From contig CM074811.1 of assembly GCA_037447605.1 (NCBI GenBank), positions 2,542,001 to 2,606,000 on the forward strand: a stretch of DNA of 64,000 nucleotides, read 5' to 3'. A program made the translations under genes and the position numbers. A model generated the notes under the pieces. That model worked only from the letters and a program-made list of their open reading frames with translations, made no database searches and had not been told where the DNA came from. The DNA comes from Zygnema circumcarinatum SAG 698-1b (taxonomy: Eukaryota; Plantae; Zygnematophyceae). The stretch's first letter is position 1. The number at the start of each line of letters is the position of its first letter. Positions 40,067 to 52,907 of this stretch are shown here, one piece after another.

Positions 40067-40249
40067 ATGGATCCTATTTCTATCACTGTCGCTGCGGTGG
40101 GAGGCGCCATTGCTGTAGGGTGGTGTGCGATTGAGATTGCTTGCAAGCCGTGTTTGCAGGTTGTGCGGAACGCTATGGGAAAGGAAGATGATGCTACAAC
40201 TCCCTTGGCCGGTCGTCCTGAAGCAGGGTCAGATTATGCTGTAGTTTAA
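40067..40249 (+). CDS. OEP7: Chloroplast outer envelope protein 7-like
   Basis: 60 aa; AIAVGWCAIEIACKPCL matches the OEP7 signature (ALGWLAIEIAFKPFL); single transmembrane segment and acidic tail. Confidence 0.8.
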   Translation: MDPISITVAAVGGAIAVGWCAIEIACKPCLQVVRNAMGKEDDATTPLAGRPEAGSDYAVV

Positions 40250-40303
40250 CACGGGAGGAGCGCTGGAAAGATTTCGGTTTTGTTGTCAGATTGCTCGGAG
40301 GCT

Positions 40304-40453
40304 ATGGGAGGTTCAGGGAGGCGCGGGAAGAGTGGCTTGAAGGACGTAGTAGTTGTTGCTCTGGGAGTTGCACTTATTTGGTGGACGGTTCATATTTTGG
40401 GTACTTCGTTCGTCAAGGAGCAGCCGAAGTTTGACGATGAAGATGACGATTGA
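40304..40453 (+). CDS. Small single-pass membrane protein (49 aa), OEP7-like architecture; not in the ORF track
   Basis: MGGSGRRGKSGLKDVVVVALGVALIWWTVHILGTSFVKEQPKFDDEDDD*: basic N-terminus, hydrophobic segment, acidic tail; start context GCTATGG. Confidence 0.6.
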   Translation: MGGSGRRGKSGLKDVVVVALGVALIWWTVHILGTSFVKEQPKFDDEDDD

Positions 40454-41551
40454 TTTGGTGGAAAGTTGACTACAGCGGTGTTTCTTGCTTTTTCCTCCTG
40501 AAGTACATATTTTTTCTCTCGTGTGCTTGTCGTTGATTCTGAAACGCCGAATAAACTGAGATCAAGAATCGAAGGGAAAGAGATTTGCTAAATGCAGTGG
40601 TTCGCACGGACTTTAGTTAGGAGGAGAGTTGCTGACTGTTCTGCTATGCAATCTTACGGTGTAAAATATCTGTAAATTCGATGCTAGGGCTATCAGCGCC
40701 CCTAAAGTTATAGAATGCGCTCAGCTTCATTTTGGTCTGTTCTCTGCCAGTGAGTCGCTTACACCTTTGAAGCGAGATACTTGCTTGGCCCAGCTGAATG
40801 CAGCAACAGGTTTATCTTCAGGAATTGAAGGCAGCAATATTGTCCCATGTCAATCCTTTTTGTCGGTGTGTTTTTAGTGACATTGTGAGGCTCGTCTAAA
40901 CCTGTACGCTCTACCTTTCAATGTCCAATCCACCGTGATGTCTTGAAATTTTTGACTAAGAAAGTCAGTGAGACAAATAGTGTTGAGCTACCAAGAAGTG
41001 CAAATTTACTTACATTCTCTGCACCCAGTATCACAACGCCTTCATTAGCAGATGATAATTGTTTGAGAAGGCGGGGCTGACGATTTCGCTTTATTTACAT
41101 CATCTCACAAAGCTTATTTTACATTTGTCAAGTGGTGAACAATAAGGATGAGCTCTATTCCTTTTCCCATCTATCTCGACTAGCCAGATGGAAGCTTCTA
41201 CAGACCTATGACCTGAAACAAGATGTCGGGCAACGGATAATGTGCTTATAGTGCATGGAATGTCCTATTTTTTCACCAGTCGTGTACTATCTCCGTGCTC
41301 ATGCACCAGCGCAAGACTGGAACAACACGCTGGTGGCTCTGTCATTACATGAAAATGACGCGGTTTCTGACGTCGAACTTGTTCTAGTCTCAGTGGCATG
41401 CATACGCGCTATTCTAAGCTGTATGCGGAAACGGGTGTATACATATGAACAGGCCCTCCATTCATTGAACTGCACTGAGTTTAGCTAGGCTGAACTTGGA
41501 TTGAGTACTCTGCAAGTAAAAGGTCAGGGAAATGCTATTTCGTTTGTCGGT

Positions 41552-43271
41552 TTAGCCCACTCTTACGGCTGCGATGTTGGATTGAAGCGGAGTAAATTGG
41601 AAGACAACAAAGTTCGAATCAAGGTAAAGGACAGGGAATACAGAAAACTGTGGCAAGAAGAGGGCTTGGCCAATGCTGTTGACGACATTGGTAAGGCCAG
41701 AACCCTGCGTGTATGGAAACACAGTATTGGCATAAGGGGGGGGCGGCAGGGATGCACGCACGCACGCATAAACAAATAATCAACTCCTACCCGGCAATCA
41801 TTTGTAGATTGATCAGACCCCTTAATTTGCACATGGATTCCCATCTGCCAATGCTTAACGCGTAATGAAACAGAGTTTACTTGCTGAGAGCGCACATACA
41901 AGCAAGATGGGAAAAGCAAAACAAGGTGGCCAGAATTCTTGTCAATTTGAATTTCCTTACCTTGCCTGCGGGATCACTTCGCAGATCGACACCAGTGTCC
42001 CACCAAAAGGAGGAAAAGAGCACCTTCACTTTGTCATCTCCTTCTGCCATAAAATCTCCTGATGCACTCAGCCAGCCCTCGCCGATGAGTGGAGCTGTGT
42101 ACCGGACATTACTCAAAATCTTGGTGCCCTTCAGCGTGTAGCGTATGGGATCAAATTTCACTCCTAAAGGTCCAGATAATCTGCAATTCTCAACACACCG
42201 GCCACAACATAAGCTTTCTGTTTCCAGTGAAGCTGCGGCCAACAGAACTAGATCCTCCCACGGGACTCTGCCTACTCAGACATTGGCAGTGAATGCTGCA
42301 AGCAAATAGGCTCAACGCCAAAAGAAGGAGAAGGAATGCGATGTCTGAGTGCACGGATGTGCGATGTTCAAAGAAACTGCTACCGTCATGAAGCACTGTT
42401 TTTCAAGCGCTATTGAGACTGCCTCTTCCGAAATGGATTCCATTCCTATGTTCAGAGGATTGGGTACGCCGATTCCTTGCCAGTTGCAAGCCATGCGCTT
42501 GCTGGCAAAGGAGTAAGGAGGCTCCATCATTCCAATGGACAAGTAACGGCTGCAAGCATAAGTTCCTCTGAAAGCCATGAAAATCATCTGCATCACCAAC
42601 CTTATTTCTTCTATGCCGCATCTTCACACGGGTACTCCATTTGCATAAGCTCCTCCACCCTCTCACCTGCGGATATGGGGCGCGTAGAAAACCTCCCACG
42701 TCCCCTGCCCTAAAGCCACGCTCCTTTCAGCTAGTTCCTCAGTTCGGTTAGCGGCAATCAAAGCCGCAACCACTCGCTCCACCTCTGCCGCCGTCGCTTC
42801 ATCAGCATACAATGTCTCAGGCCCTCCTTTCTTGCCCGCGCTCTTCAAGACAAGGTCATCGAGAACGGTATCTTTCCAAAGGAGCTCCGCCACACCTTCG
42901 TCGACCAAATCCGGAGATGTCACCTCCGCTAATCCTAAACTGTCGTTGGGCAACCCTGACAGCCATTTTGGTGGAGCCTTTTCCACAGACCTAGCAATTA
43001 CAGCAGCATGCTCGGCTGCTTGAATTCCTAGTCCTGAAATATCTAACCCCACCGAGTGCACAGACACCTGCTTCCTTCCGCTACGACATTGCTGCCCTAA
43101 CCCTAAAGAAGCCCCATTCCCCTCCGCCCTCTTCCTCCGCGCACTCGCAGCTGCATTGATCCAGCGTCCACACTTGAGTCCGTCCGATTCCTCGTACGAC
43201 CGTGGACGAATTTCCGTCCGGAAGGCGCCATTACAGGTACCTCCTGCAGCAGAGCACTGAAGCGTCGCCAT
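41552..43271 (-). CDS. Plastid PAP/fibrillin-family protein, multi-exon
   Basis: Transit-peptide-like N-terminus; VERVVAALIAAN..GTWEVFYAPHI, GWLSASG..VKVLFSSFW and FPVLYLDSNFVVF resemble the PAP_fibrillin fold. Confidence 0.7.
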
Positions 43272-46200
43272 GGCGGCGACGGAAAGGAGAGGGCCGTTCT
43301 CCATTGTGGACTATACTCGGACATCATCGAATGGGAACGTGCCACGTGTCCCATAGTGCTACGTGGCGGAGCGCCATTGGAAACGTATATTGTCGGTCGA
43401 CTCTAGAGCCGCGTCGTTTGTTGTTGTTGTTGTTGGACCTTAAATCCGAGTTCCATTCAAAGCTTTTCTTTCGTTCCTAGTCCCATTGTGACCGGTTCCT
43501 CGTGGTTCTTTCCCCATGTTGTTGTTGTGCATGTACATTCGGTGGTATCGCCATCGCGAGACCAACGCCAATTCATTCAGCTCCTAGCTTTTTTCTTCTC
43601 TTTTTAGGTCCTTTACGACATCAGTTTCTCGTGGTTCCTTCCCCATGATGATTTTGTCCATGTACATGTGATGGCATCATCGCCTTGCCACATGTCTTCA
43701 ATTCATGTCAATCCAGTCAGCAATGCCGTACAGTACCTACTCAATCATGGAGGCATGGAGTGGGTGGAGGCGCACCACCTCGCCTAGATCCGCCACTACC
43801 AACAACACGCCACTGGGAAAGGAAAATTAGAGGCCCAATGACAGGCCCTCTTCGCAAGTGCATGAGCGCCATCTGTACATTCGACTAGACTATGATGTTA
43901 TCGTACGCCATCGTTAACAACTTGCGTCCATAAGAGCCAAACAGTACATCTGAACCAATTGGGTGACCCCCCGACACGTGCGAGTCGCAAAACCCTACAA
44001 ACCCTAAAAACTCTGTCGTGGGAGTACTATGGCTGCCAGTTCAGGGCCACAAAACGACAAATGACGGAAATCCATGATGTCGTGGCCGATACTGCATCCC
44101 GGGACATTGGGAGCGCGCGGTTGGCCGCCAGCTGGTCAGTGGGCTACGTGGCAATGGCTCCGCTCGCCACGTCAGTCGACGGTGGGCCTGCCTTGACCGC
44201 ACAGCTGGGCGCAGAGCGGACAGGGGTGGGCCGAGTGGGGTACGAACGTACGAACACTCGTACAGTAGGACCCCGTCATATTTTCCACCATCAAAAGTGC
44301 GTCCCCGAGAAATTCGCCCCGATTTTGCCGAAACCACCTTTTTGTACGGTAACTTGTGTTAGCCGTACTATTCGTACTAACCATACTAACCGTACTAACC
44401 GTACTTCCCGTACTAGCTGTACTAGCCGTCACGGGCTTACGCAAAAGCGGCAAAACTCACCTATTCTCCCCGCACGAAGCGCCGTAAGAGGCGCTCGCTC
44501 TTCTCCACTTCATCTTGGCTTCGATACGATACGATACGATACGCCCCGATACGGCACTATCCGTACTAGCCGTACGAGCTGTAGTAGCCGTTACGGGCTC
44601 GAAGCTTTTTGGTTTGCTGCCTCAGTAAACGCTAAGGCGTGCTTCATGTACTGTATGCGGTTTGCCACGATACGATACGGTACGACGCGGTGCGATATTA
44701 AGGCAATCGATACGATACGATACGATACGATATGTACGAACCTACATGAACTCTAACAGAATTCCGCTCGCCTATTGGTAACACGGACCGGGGTATTCAC
44801 TATGCTCCACACGTGCCTGCAGCGTTGGGGCCGCAAAAAACGCGGCTCGGTGCAGCGGAAAACCATGGTACGGACGTGCGCATTCGCTGCAGGGATCGAA
44901 AGTAGCTAGAGTTTCACTAACTTCCTGCAGCGCGCCGCCTGCCGTCGATTTCGCTTCGCACGCTCAATGTGCGGTCACGATGCGACGACTGAATCGGTTG
45001 TCCGACGTGGCGCCTATGTGGCGCCTACGTGGTGCCTACGTGGAGTCCTCGCGAGTTCGGGCTCTATGCGTCCGTACACCGTAGCCCCCGCACGCTGTAG
45101 CCCCCGCCGTAACCGCAGCATGTAACCTGTAACTCGAGCGTACGCGTAGCCGTAGCCGTAGCCGGTAGCCGCCGCGCTTCGGGCTGCACCGGAGCGGCCC
45201 GCGGCCAAGGGAAGCCTCGCACGCAACGGCCCATGTTCCACCCTTGCACATAGCCATGTGGTTATCAGGAAACTCATACCAAACGCGTAAGCGTAGGCAT
45301 TGTTGTGCCTCGGCGTAGCTTTCACCTCCTTTCCACGTACTTTTCATGGCTTCGGCATCATGAGCTCAATGCCACTTCCATTACCAATCGCTCTTAGCTC
45401 CTCTGCGTTTTGCGATTCTTTGGTCGTGTCCACACACATGTCATTCATTTCCCAAAGGCACAAAAGTCATGAAAAGGGAATCATGCAATATTCATTGTCT
45501 AACATGTGTTACGTTTGAGTTTGGTTGTGTGGTTGCGGTTGTTCACGTCTACTTGTGTGTGGTCATATTTGGTTGCGTATGTTTGCGTGTGATTGTGTAT
45601 GCATGTGTTTAGTTGTGTTCTTTCGCTTTATATGTATTTTGTGTGTTTGTTCGCATACGGATGCGCGAGGTTGTGATTGATTGCATGGTTTTGCATAAGA
45701 TTGCACCTGTCTGGTTTTGTATGTGTTTGTTTGCCTTTGGTTGTGTCGGGTTGCGCGGTTTTTTTTTTTGGATTGTGTTTGTTGCGATTGGTTCCGTGAG
45801 GCTGTGTTTCTTTGCCTTTTGCCTGCTGTGGTTGCTGCTGCTCGTCCCCNNNNNNNNNNCCCCCCCCCCCCCCCCCCTCCCCACTATCTCTCGCTCTATT
45901 TATATGACTATCGGCGAAAAGAAAAATTTGGTCTCTCACACAGACGCCCATGTTTTACCAGCAAGTGATGGCGAGATAGGACCATGGACAGTGGTTCCCA
46001 GTTATGCAATGCCAAGGAATGTAACAAAGAGGGAGGAAGTAGTAAATGCTGAAAGAAAGGGAAAGGGGGAAGGAGAGGGAGGTAGAGGTGGGTGGGGGAA
46101 GGCACTCTTCCTGAGCCTGGCCCAGGGTCCACTTTCTCTCCTCAGAGTCGCCTCTCCCCTCTCCCTCCCTCCCTCTCCTTCCCCTCCTCCCTCCCCTCCC

Positions 46201-49200
46201 CTCCCTCCCTCCCTCCCTCCCTCCCTCCCTCCCTCCCTCCCTCCCTCCCTCCCTCCCTCCCTCCCTCCTCCATCCTTCCATCCCTCCCTCCCTCTATCCT
46301 TTCTCTGCTTCCCTCCCTCCGTTACTTCCCCTAAGCGTTTGAAATTCTCACAAACGACCCCAGCATATGTTCCTGGTGGAGGTTTGATGGCCTTCATCCA
46401 GAGCCCATCCTTTATTTTACAAAGTCGGCCATTTCTCACTAGTGGAGGCACAATTCAACCCTCAGTTCAGCTAGGGCCTTGCCCACCTCCGGGGTGTCCA
46501 ATTCTAATTTCAGAACTACGTACGGTCCCGTACTGAGTACGATGCAGTCCTGCAACTGCCCCGAATCGTCGTCTGGCACGGCCACGCACGCCTGCACAAG
46601 AGTGTAAAAGGGAAAACATTCAGTCGTTTGTATTTAAATTACGCACACTTGCATGACGACTCCGACCTTCCGTTTGCTCGACAACTGGAGCGACGCGATA
46701 GAGAGGCGGTGAGTGGAATAATTTCCCCCAATTTTTAGCGGAATGCGCGCACCAGCGCTGCCAGCCGACGCTCATGTCTTGGGGGGATGGCAGACCGCCC
46801 GACAGCGTCCTGGGGTCGGCTCTCTTGCCTCTCTCCCTCCCCTCCCCGTCCCTTTGTCGTCCGCCGTACAGATTGAGTCGGGCGGCAGCAATTGCGATGT
46901 CGTGTACGGGATGTACGGCAGGTGTTTTGCTGTTGGAGAAAACTCCACGGAGCTTGTAGGGCAGGTGCTTGCCGACATGTACTTTTCTCCCTCTCCCTCT
47001 CCCTCTCGCTCTCCCTCTCTCTCTCCCTCTCCACCCCTATATTTATCTATGTATTTGTTTGTCGCCCTTTCTCTCCCTCCCTCTTTGTCTCTCTTCTCGC
47101 TCGTCATCTCACCCCTCTTTCTTCCCTGCCCCGCTTCCCCACCTGCTCCGCTCCCCCCCCTGCTCCCCGGCCTGCCTCGCTACCTCTCCCTTGCTCTCAA
47201 CTCATCTACATTTTCCAAGGCCACAAACGATCCCAGCATATGGACGGCCTTTCAATAGGGAAGAAAAAGAAGGGCGCTTTCATTCAGTTGCCACCCGTTT
47301 ATTTACAAAGTCGGCTCTCAGTCACAATTGGATGCACAGTGCAAATTTGGGTCCTGGCAAAGCCTTGCCCACTTCCGAGCATGCGAATTCTATTTGACTG
47401 ACAACAAAGCTCAGAGCGAGCGTTTCTCTCGCTCTGAGCATATTTAGAAAAAAAAAAAAAAAAAAAAAAACAAATTTGAAAGAAGCGAAACTGTCCTCAA
47501 AGCCGCCTTTGCAAGGGGGCGCTCTCATGGCAAGTGACGACAGAGTCTTCTTAGACGTTATTCATTTTCGGTGATCTTTCCCAAGAGAGCATTGTTGGAG
47601 AAGGCGAGGCCGGAAAAAAGACTCCTCGTTTTTTTTGAAGGAGGGAAGAAAAGCTCGTCATATGCTCCCGAAAAAACGAATCCTGACGAACAGCAACTGC
47701 TAAGGGACAACAACGTGAGCACCAAAGCAACATTAAATACTGCGAACCCTCCAGCTTTTAAAAAGATGAATAGACGGACAGGAAGGGCTTAATGATGTAT
47801 GGTACAAAAATGTAACGGCCGTATCACTGCTAGCTGGGACCGGATGGTTAAGTGAAGCCAACACGGAACACCCTTCATTGAGAGAACTCACTATTTACAG
47901 CACTCTGCTCCACATCACCACATTTCCAGGACGAACTAAACACATGCCTGGCCTTTGGCGGGCCTGAGCCACAACACCTAGAAGATCTTGTTCCCTTTAC
48001 GGTTTAATGTGAGATAGTCTGTCTCTGATTAAGGGGGTAGAAAGGCCTGCTTACCTCATTCACAGCATCAGAAGAAGAGTGCGAAGCAGATCACCATGAA
48101 GCCAATTAGCGGAAAGCCACACAAGAGATATCCCCAAAACAGTACTGCAGAAGCTTCACTAGCCCCCACACCGTGAAGCTGCGCCATAGTTCCTGTATTT
48201 CCCAGCAAACACATCCATTAACTCCATCCCCTGCGTGCGCTTTGATATCATCGTCTCAGTAATAGGCCCTACCTCTAATACCTTCTCCAAAAAAGAAAGG
48301 TTTCAGATGATAATACTCACTTCCCCTTATCATACTCAGGCAATTGACCAGAGAGATAATTGTTGGCCATACCCACCTTCAGAGGAGCTCCTGTGGTTTG
48401 TACACGCGAGCCGAAGAGGAGTGTGGCCCTACTCTACAGGCGAGGCGAGGCGAGGCTCTCCCACCAACACGTGGGCCGCCGCCGAAATCTGAACTGCTGT
48501 CACCACCAAACCAAATATAAGCTTGTTTTAAAGTCAAGCAATATGACTTCATAAAACTGAACACGGATTGAGATAGAAAAGAACCCTAACAAACCCTAAA
48601 AGCAGATTTTTTCATGTCAGGGAGGTATGAAGGGATGCAAGTTGCAGGGAGGAAGGGAGAAGAAGAACAATCACCAAGTTGATGAAGAAAAAGAAAAATA
48701 TTAAAATGCATGGGGAGAAAAGTGGGCAAAGAAGCTTACTTTAACAATGGCGGCCTTCTCCAAGAAGCGCTGCAAATCTCTACCGCATGTAGTTGGACAT
48801 TCTAATTTACTTTTATTTCCTTTTCCTTTTCTCTGCTATACTATAGCCACACATCATTCTTTTGTACTTTACAGCCTTCTCCAAAAAGTCTTTTGCTCGA
48901 TCAGGTTCTTTCCAACAATCCCCACGCTCTGGCATGTCCACTGTTCCCTTTAACAACATCCCACCCCTTTAAAGCCCGACCAAACCATCAATGGTTTTTG
49001 GACTGACAGCCTTCATCATTGAAGAGACATTCGCCACTGCCGTTTTCTCGTCTTCACCACCCTCATCCATCCTCCATATAATTTCTATGACAATAGGATA
49101 CATTCGATTCCACCAAGCATTTTTCCGATTATTTTCTCCTTGTCGTCCACCACTGTACCAACGCGTCACACCAAAAAATGCCATCAATTCGATGATGGGC

Positions 49201-49323
49201 TTTTTTCCTTCTGGCCCGACAATCCAGAACTCCTTCCACAAGCTAAGTACATCTGTGTGCATGCTGACTAAATATCTATCTAACTGTTTCCCAACATGCA
49301 CTCTAAGTCCCTGACCGTCTTTA

Positions 49324-50013
49324 GCCCCTGGCCCCATGGCTGGCCCCATGGCTGGCCCCATGGCTGGCCCCAATCCTGGCCCCATGCCTGGCCCCATGCC
49401 TGGCCCCATTCCTGGCCCCATTCCTGGCCCCATGCCTGGCCCCATGCCTGGCCCCATTCCTGGCCCCATTCCTGGCCCCATGCCTGGCCCCATTCCTGGC
49501 CCCATTCCTGGCCCCATGCCTGGCCCCATTCCTGGCCCCATTCCTGGCCCCATTCCTGGCCCCATTCCTCGCCCCATTCCTGGCCCCATGCCTGGCCCCA
49601 TTCCTGGCCCCATTCCTGGCCCCATTCCTGGCCCCATTCCTGGCCCCATTCCTGGCTCTATGCCTGGCCCCATTCCTCGCCCCATTCCTGGTTTCTATGC
49701 CTGGCTCCTCCCATTCCTGGCCCCTGGCCTCCCGGCCCCATTCCTGGTTCCCATTCCTGGCCCCAGTTCCTGGCCCCATTCCTGGCCCCATGCCTGGCCC
49801 CATTCCTCGCCCCATTCCTGGCCCCATTCCTGGCCCCATTCCTGGCCCCATGCCTGGCCCCATGCCTGGCCCCATTCCTGGCCCCATGCCTGGCCCCATG
49901 CCTGGCCCCATTCCTGGCCCCATTCCTGGCCCCATGCCTGGCCCCATTCCTGGCCCCATTCCTGGCCCCATTCCTCGCCCCATTCCTGGCTCTATGCCTG
50001 GCCCCATTCCTGG
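49324..50013. repeat. 12-bp minisatellite CCTGGCCCCAT(T/G), followed by 3 copies of a ~60-bp unit (to about 50185)
   Basis: More than 50 visible units; reads (MGPG)n on the minus strand. Confidence 0.95.
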
Positions 50014-52259
50014 CCTGCCTCTCTGACTGCCTTGGCCCCAACCATTTCTTTCCTCGTCCATGCTTGCTCCCCTGCCTCTCTGACTGCCTTGGCCCCAACC
50101 GTTTCTTTCCTCGTCCATGCTTGCTCCCCTGCCTCTTTGACTGCCTTGGCCCCAACCGTTTCTTTCCTCGTCGATGCTTGGCCCCGTGCCTACGTGAATG
50201 TCTTGGCCCCTGCCTTCTGCCACATCTGTCCTTTTCCCTGCATGCCGCCTTTTGCAAGTACTCCCCTCTACCTTCGCTTCCCAGCTCTGACCTTTGGTCC
50301 ATGCCATCACCCCGGCTTTGTCGTCCCACTTGTGTCTGGTGTTCATTGCTCCCCTGCAAATATTGCTCTTTGCCCATAAATCAACAAAAAAGTTGACACT
50401 TGAAAACTGTACAACTAGTGTGAAAAGTAGGACTGTAATGAGGATATCAATACAATTTTGTTTGATACACTAGAGAGATGAGAGTGATGAGAGTGATGCA
50501 GCATGGTTTTACTCACCATAGTTCGAGTCCATGACTGAGATTGTGTTGTCTTAGCTTGGATCCTGTCAAAGGCCTCCTTCTTCCTCCCCCCCTCGATCCT
50601 GGCCGCTCTCGCAAAATTGAGAACTTCTTCACTGAAATAACAACCTCAAGACAGGCGACGTCCGCCTCACCCCGTTAATGAAGCCCCCTTCCTCCTTCTT
50701 ACTCTCCGCCTCCACCTCCAATCCGCCCACAGCAACAGCATCACCAACAGCAGCAACACAACAAAAGCGAAAAAAGAAGCAGTCGCAGCAGAAAACATAG
50801 CAGCAGTAGCAACAGCAGCTGTAGCAGTGTTTTCTCAACAATAGCAAAAACAGCTGAAACAGGAGCAGCAGCAGCAGAAGCAGAGAAAGGAGCACTAAAA
50901 GCAGCAAGTGCAAAAGGGCCAGCAACAAAAAAAGCAGTAACAACCTTGAAAGGAAGACCATACCCATTGCTCACCGTTGGAAGAATGGATGATTCGCGAA
51001 CAATGGAATTTGTGGAGCGAACGATGCATCTTGCAATAAAACACATGCAAAATAACGCAGCATGTCCACAAAGCCTCCTGCTGAAAGATTCCGAGACTTA
51101 AAAGGCACTCCACGAGTAACCTACACATAAAAACACATTAACGTTAACCCTTTCCCCTCCTCTCAATCTCTTTCACACCCTTTCTTTGACTTCCAGCCAA
51201 AAGATCCATGCAGTATGACATATTACCTGCTGTACAGTAGCTTCAAGGTCGGGAAGAAATGGGAAAACCATATTCACAAGCGCTTCATTTGGTTTAAGAC
51301 AAGAACGCTCCAAAAAATAATCATTGCCTTCCTTTTGAATCCTGCAAGCACCCTACAGACGGGAGGGACAATCGAAGAAAGGTAATTGATTGCAAGGGAT
51401 TTATTTGAAGCTTGGCCCCACCTCCCTGCCACCTGGATTTGATCAAACCCACAAGAGTGCGCGAAACATTCCCTTGCTGCCGCGCCACGGAATATGTGCA
51501 AGGTTCCTGAACAACGGAGATCTAAGTGCTCAATGATTTTTTTCATGAACTTTGATTGTGCTTCACGACACATTTCAACCTCAGTGGAGTCTTTGGATGG
51601 AAACAATAAGGTTTTGTACCTGCAAATCAACAAACAAACGTGTCAATAAAAACAGTACATTTGTGCAAAAATATAAAACAAAATACACAAATAATAGCGA
51701 TTGATAAGTTTAGGACTACCAAAGGTAGTCGTCCTAAGATCCGAGGAGGTTCTTCTCGATACAACGAACCTCGCGGAACAAATATCGATATCCATCCACG
51801 ACCGCAAAATTCGATCTGAATGCCTAAAGGAAGCCCCATATTGGACTGCTCCTCCCGAGTTCTTTTTCCCCCCACGTGACACCACACCTAGGACAGTACA
51901 TTCAGATGGGCCAATAGCTGTTGTAGCCATATCATCAATAAATAGATCGACCAACCGAATTGATCTTTGGTCATCTCCTCGAAGCATCATTGCCTTTGCT
52001 GTAGCTACCATACTACCATACTTTAAATATGTTTCGTTGTTGAATGACCCCATATACCTTAATAACTTTTGAAAGTCTGAAAGCGCTAGTTTATCCTTAA
52101 CAGTCCCTCGTTTAGGATCAATGAACATCCTGTAGACACAAAAAACTAAAAGACATTTAGAGAGGGAGGAGGAGCGAGGGGGGGGGAGGGGGAGAGCAAG
52201 TAAGGAGGGAGAGAAGGAGAGATCGGGCAGCAAAGTGGGAAAGAGAGAAAGCAGCAAAC

Positions 52260-52445
52260 AACAAGCAGAATGCAGAATGCAGAATGCAGAATGCAGAATG
52301 CAGAATATAGAATGCAGAATACAAAATACAGAATGCAGAATGCAGAATGCAGAAAGCAGAATGCAGAATGCAGAATGCAGAATGCAGAATGCAAAATGCT
52401 GAATGCTGAATGCAGAATACAGAATGCAGAAAGCAGAAAGCAAAA
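52260..52445. repeat. (GCAGAAT)n heptamer array inside Crypton intron 52130-52456
   Basis: Visible tandem array. Confidence 0.95.
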
Positions 52446-52907
52446 AGATAACTTGCCTAAGTCGTCTTTCATCGGTAGAGCGGGCCATGATCTCCACCAT
52501 ATACTTGACTTGCAAGTTTTCACTCACTTTTACACCCAAAGATACATGATCATGTGTTACAAAATCAATAGTTTTTTGGGCATGTTGCAATGCAAAAATA
52601 CTATTAGACAAAGTGCTTGGGGTTAAAGGACCTGCATTCATAGTGCCATTGTCTAATCTCCAAAACAAAAATGCTGCCACTCTTTCTGAATGTGGAACTG
52701 GCCTCCAACCCTCTGTTTCACACTTAGCAACAAATTGCTTTATTACGGGGCGGTATGATGCCTTCGTAGATTTTGGGCGTAACCTCTCTACCCCAGAAAC
52801 TAATAATTGGCTTTGAGCTGTAGTTGCCCTGCACAAAAAAAGAAAGAAAACCCTTAATTCAATAATTCTTCAAAAAGAGTGACATAAAATGTACCTAATT
52901 TGAAAGA

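Noticed and set aside
49296-50396. Plus-strand ORFs (WPHS)n, (PGPI)n and (LAPF)n
   Set aside because: Antisense readings of the 12-bp minisatellite.
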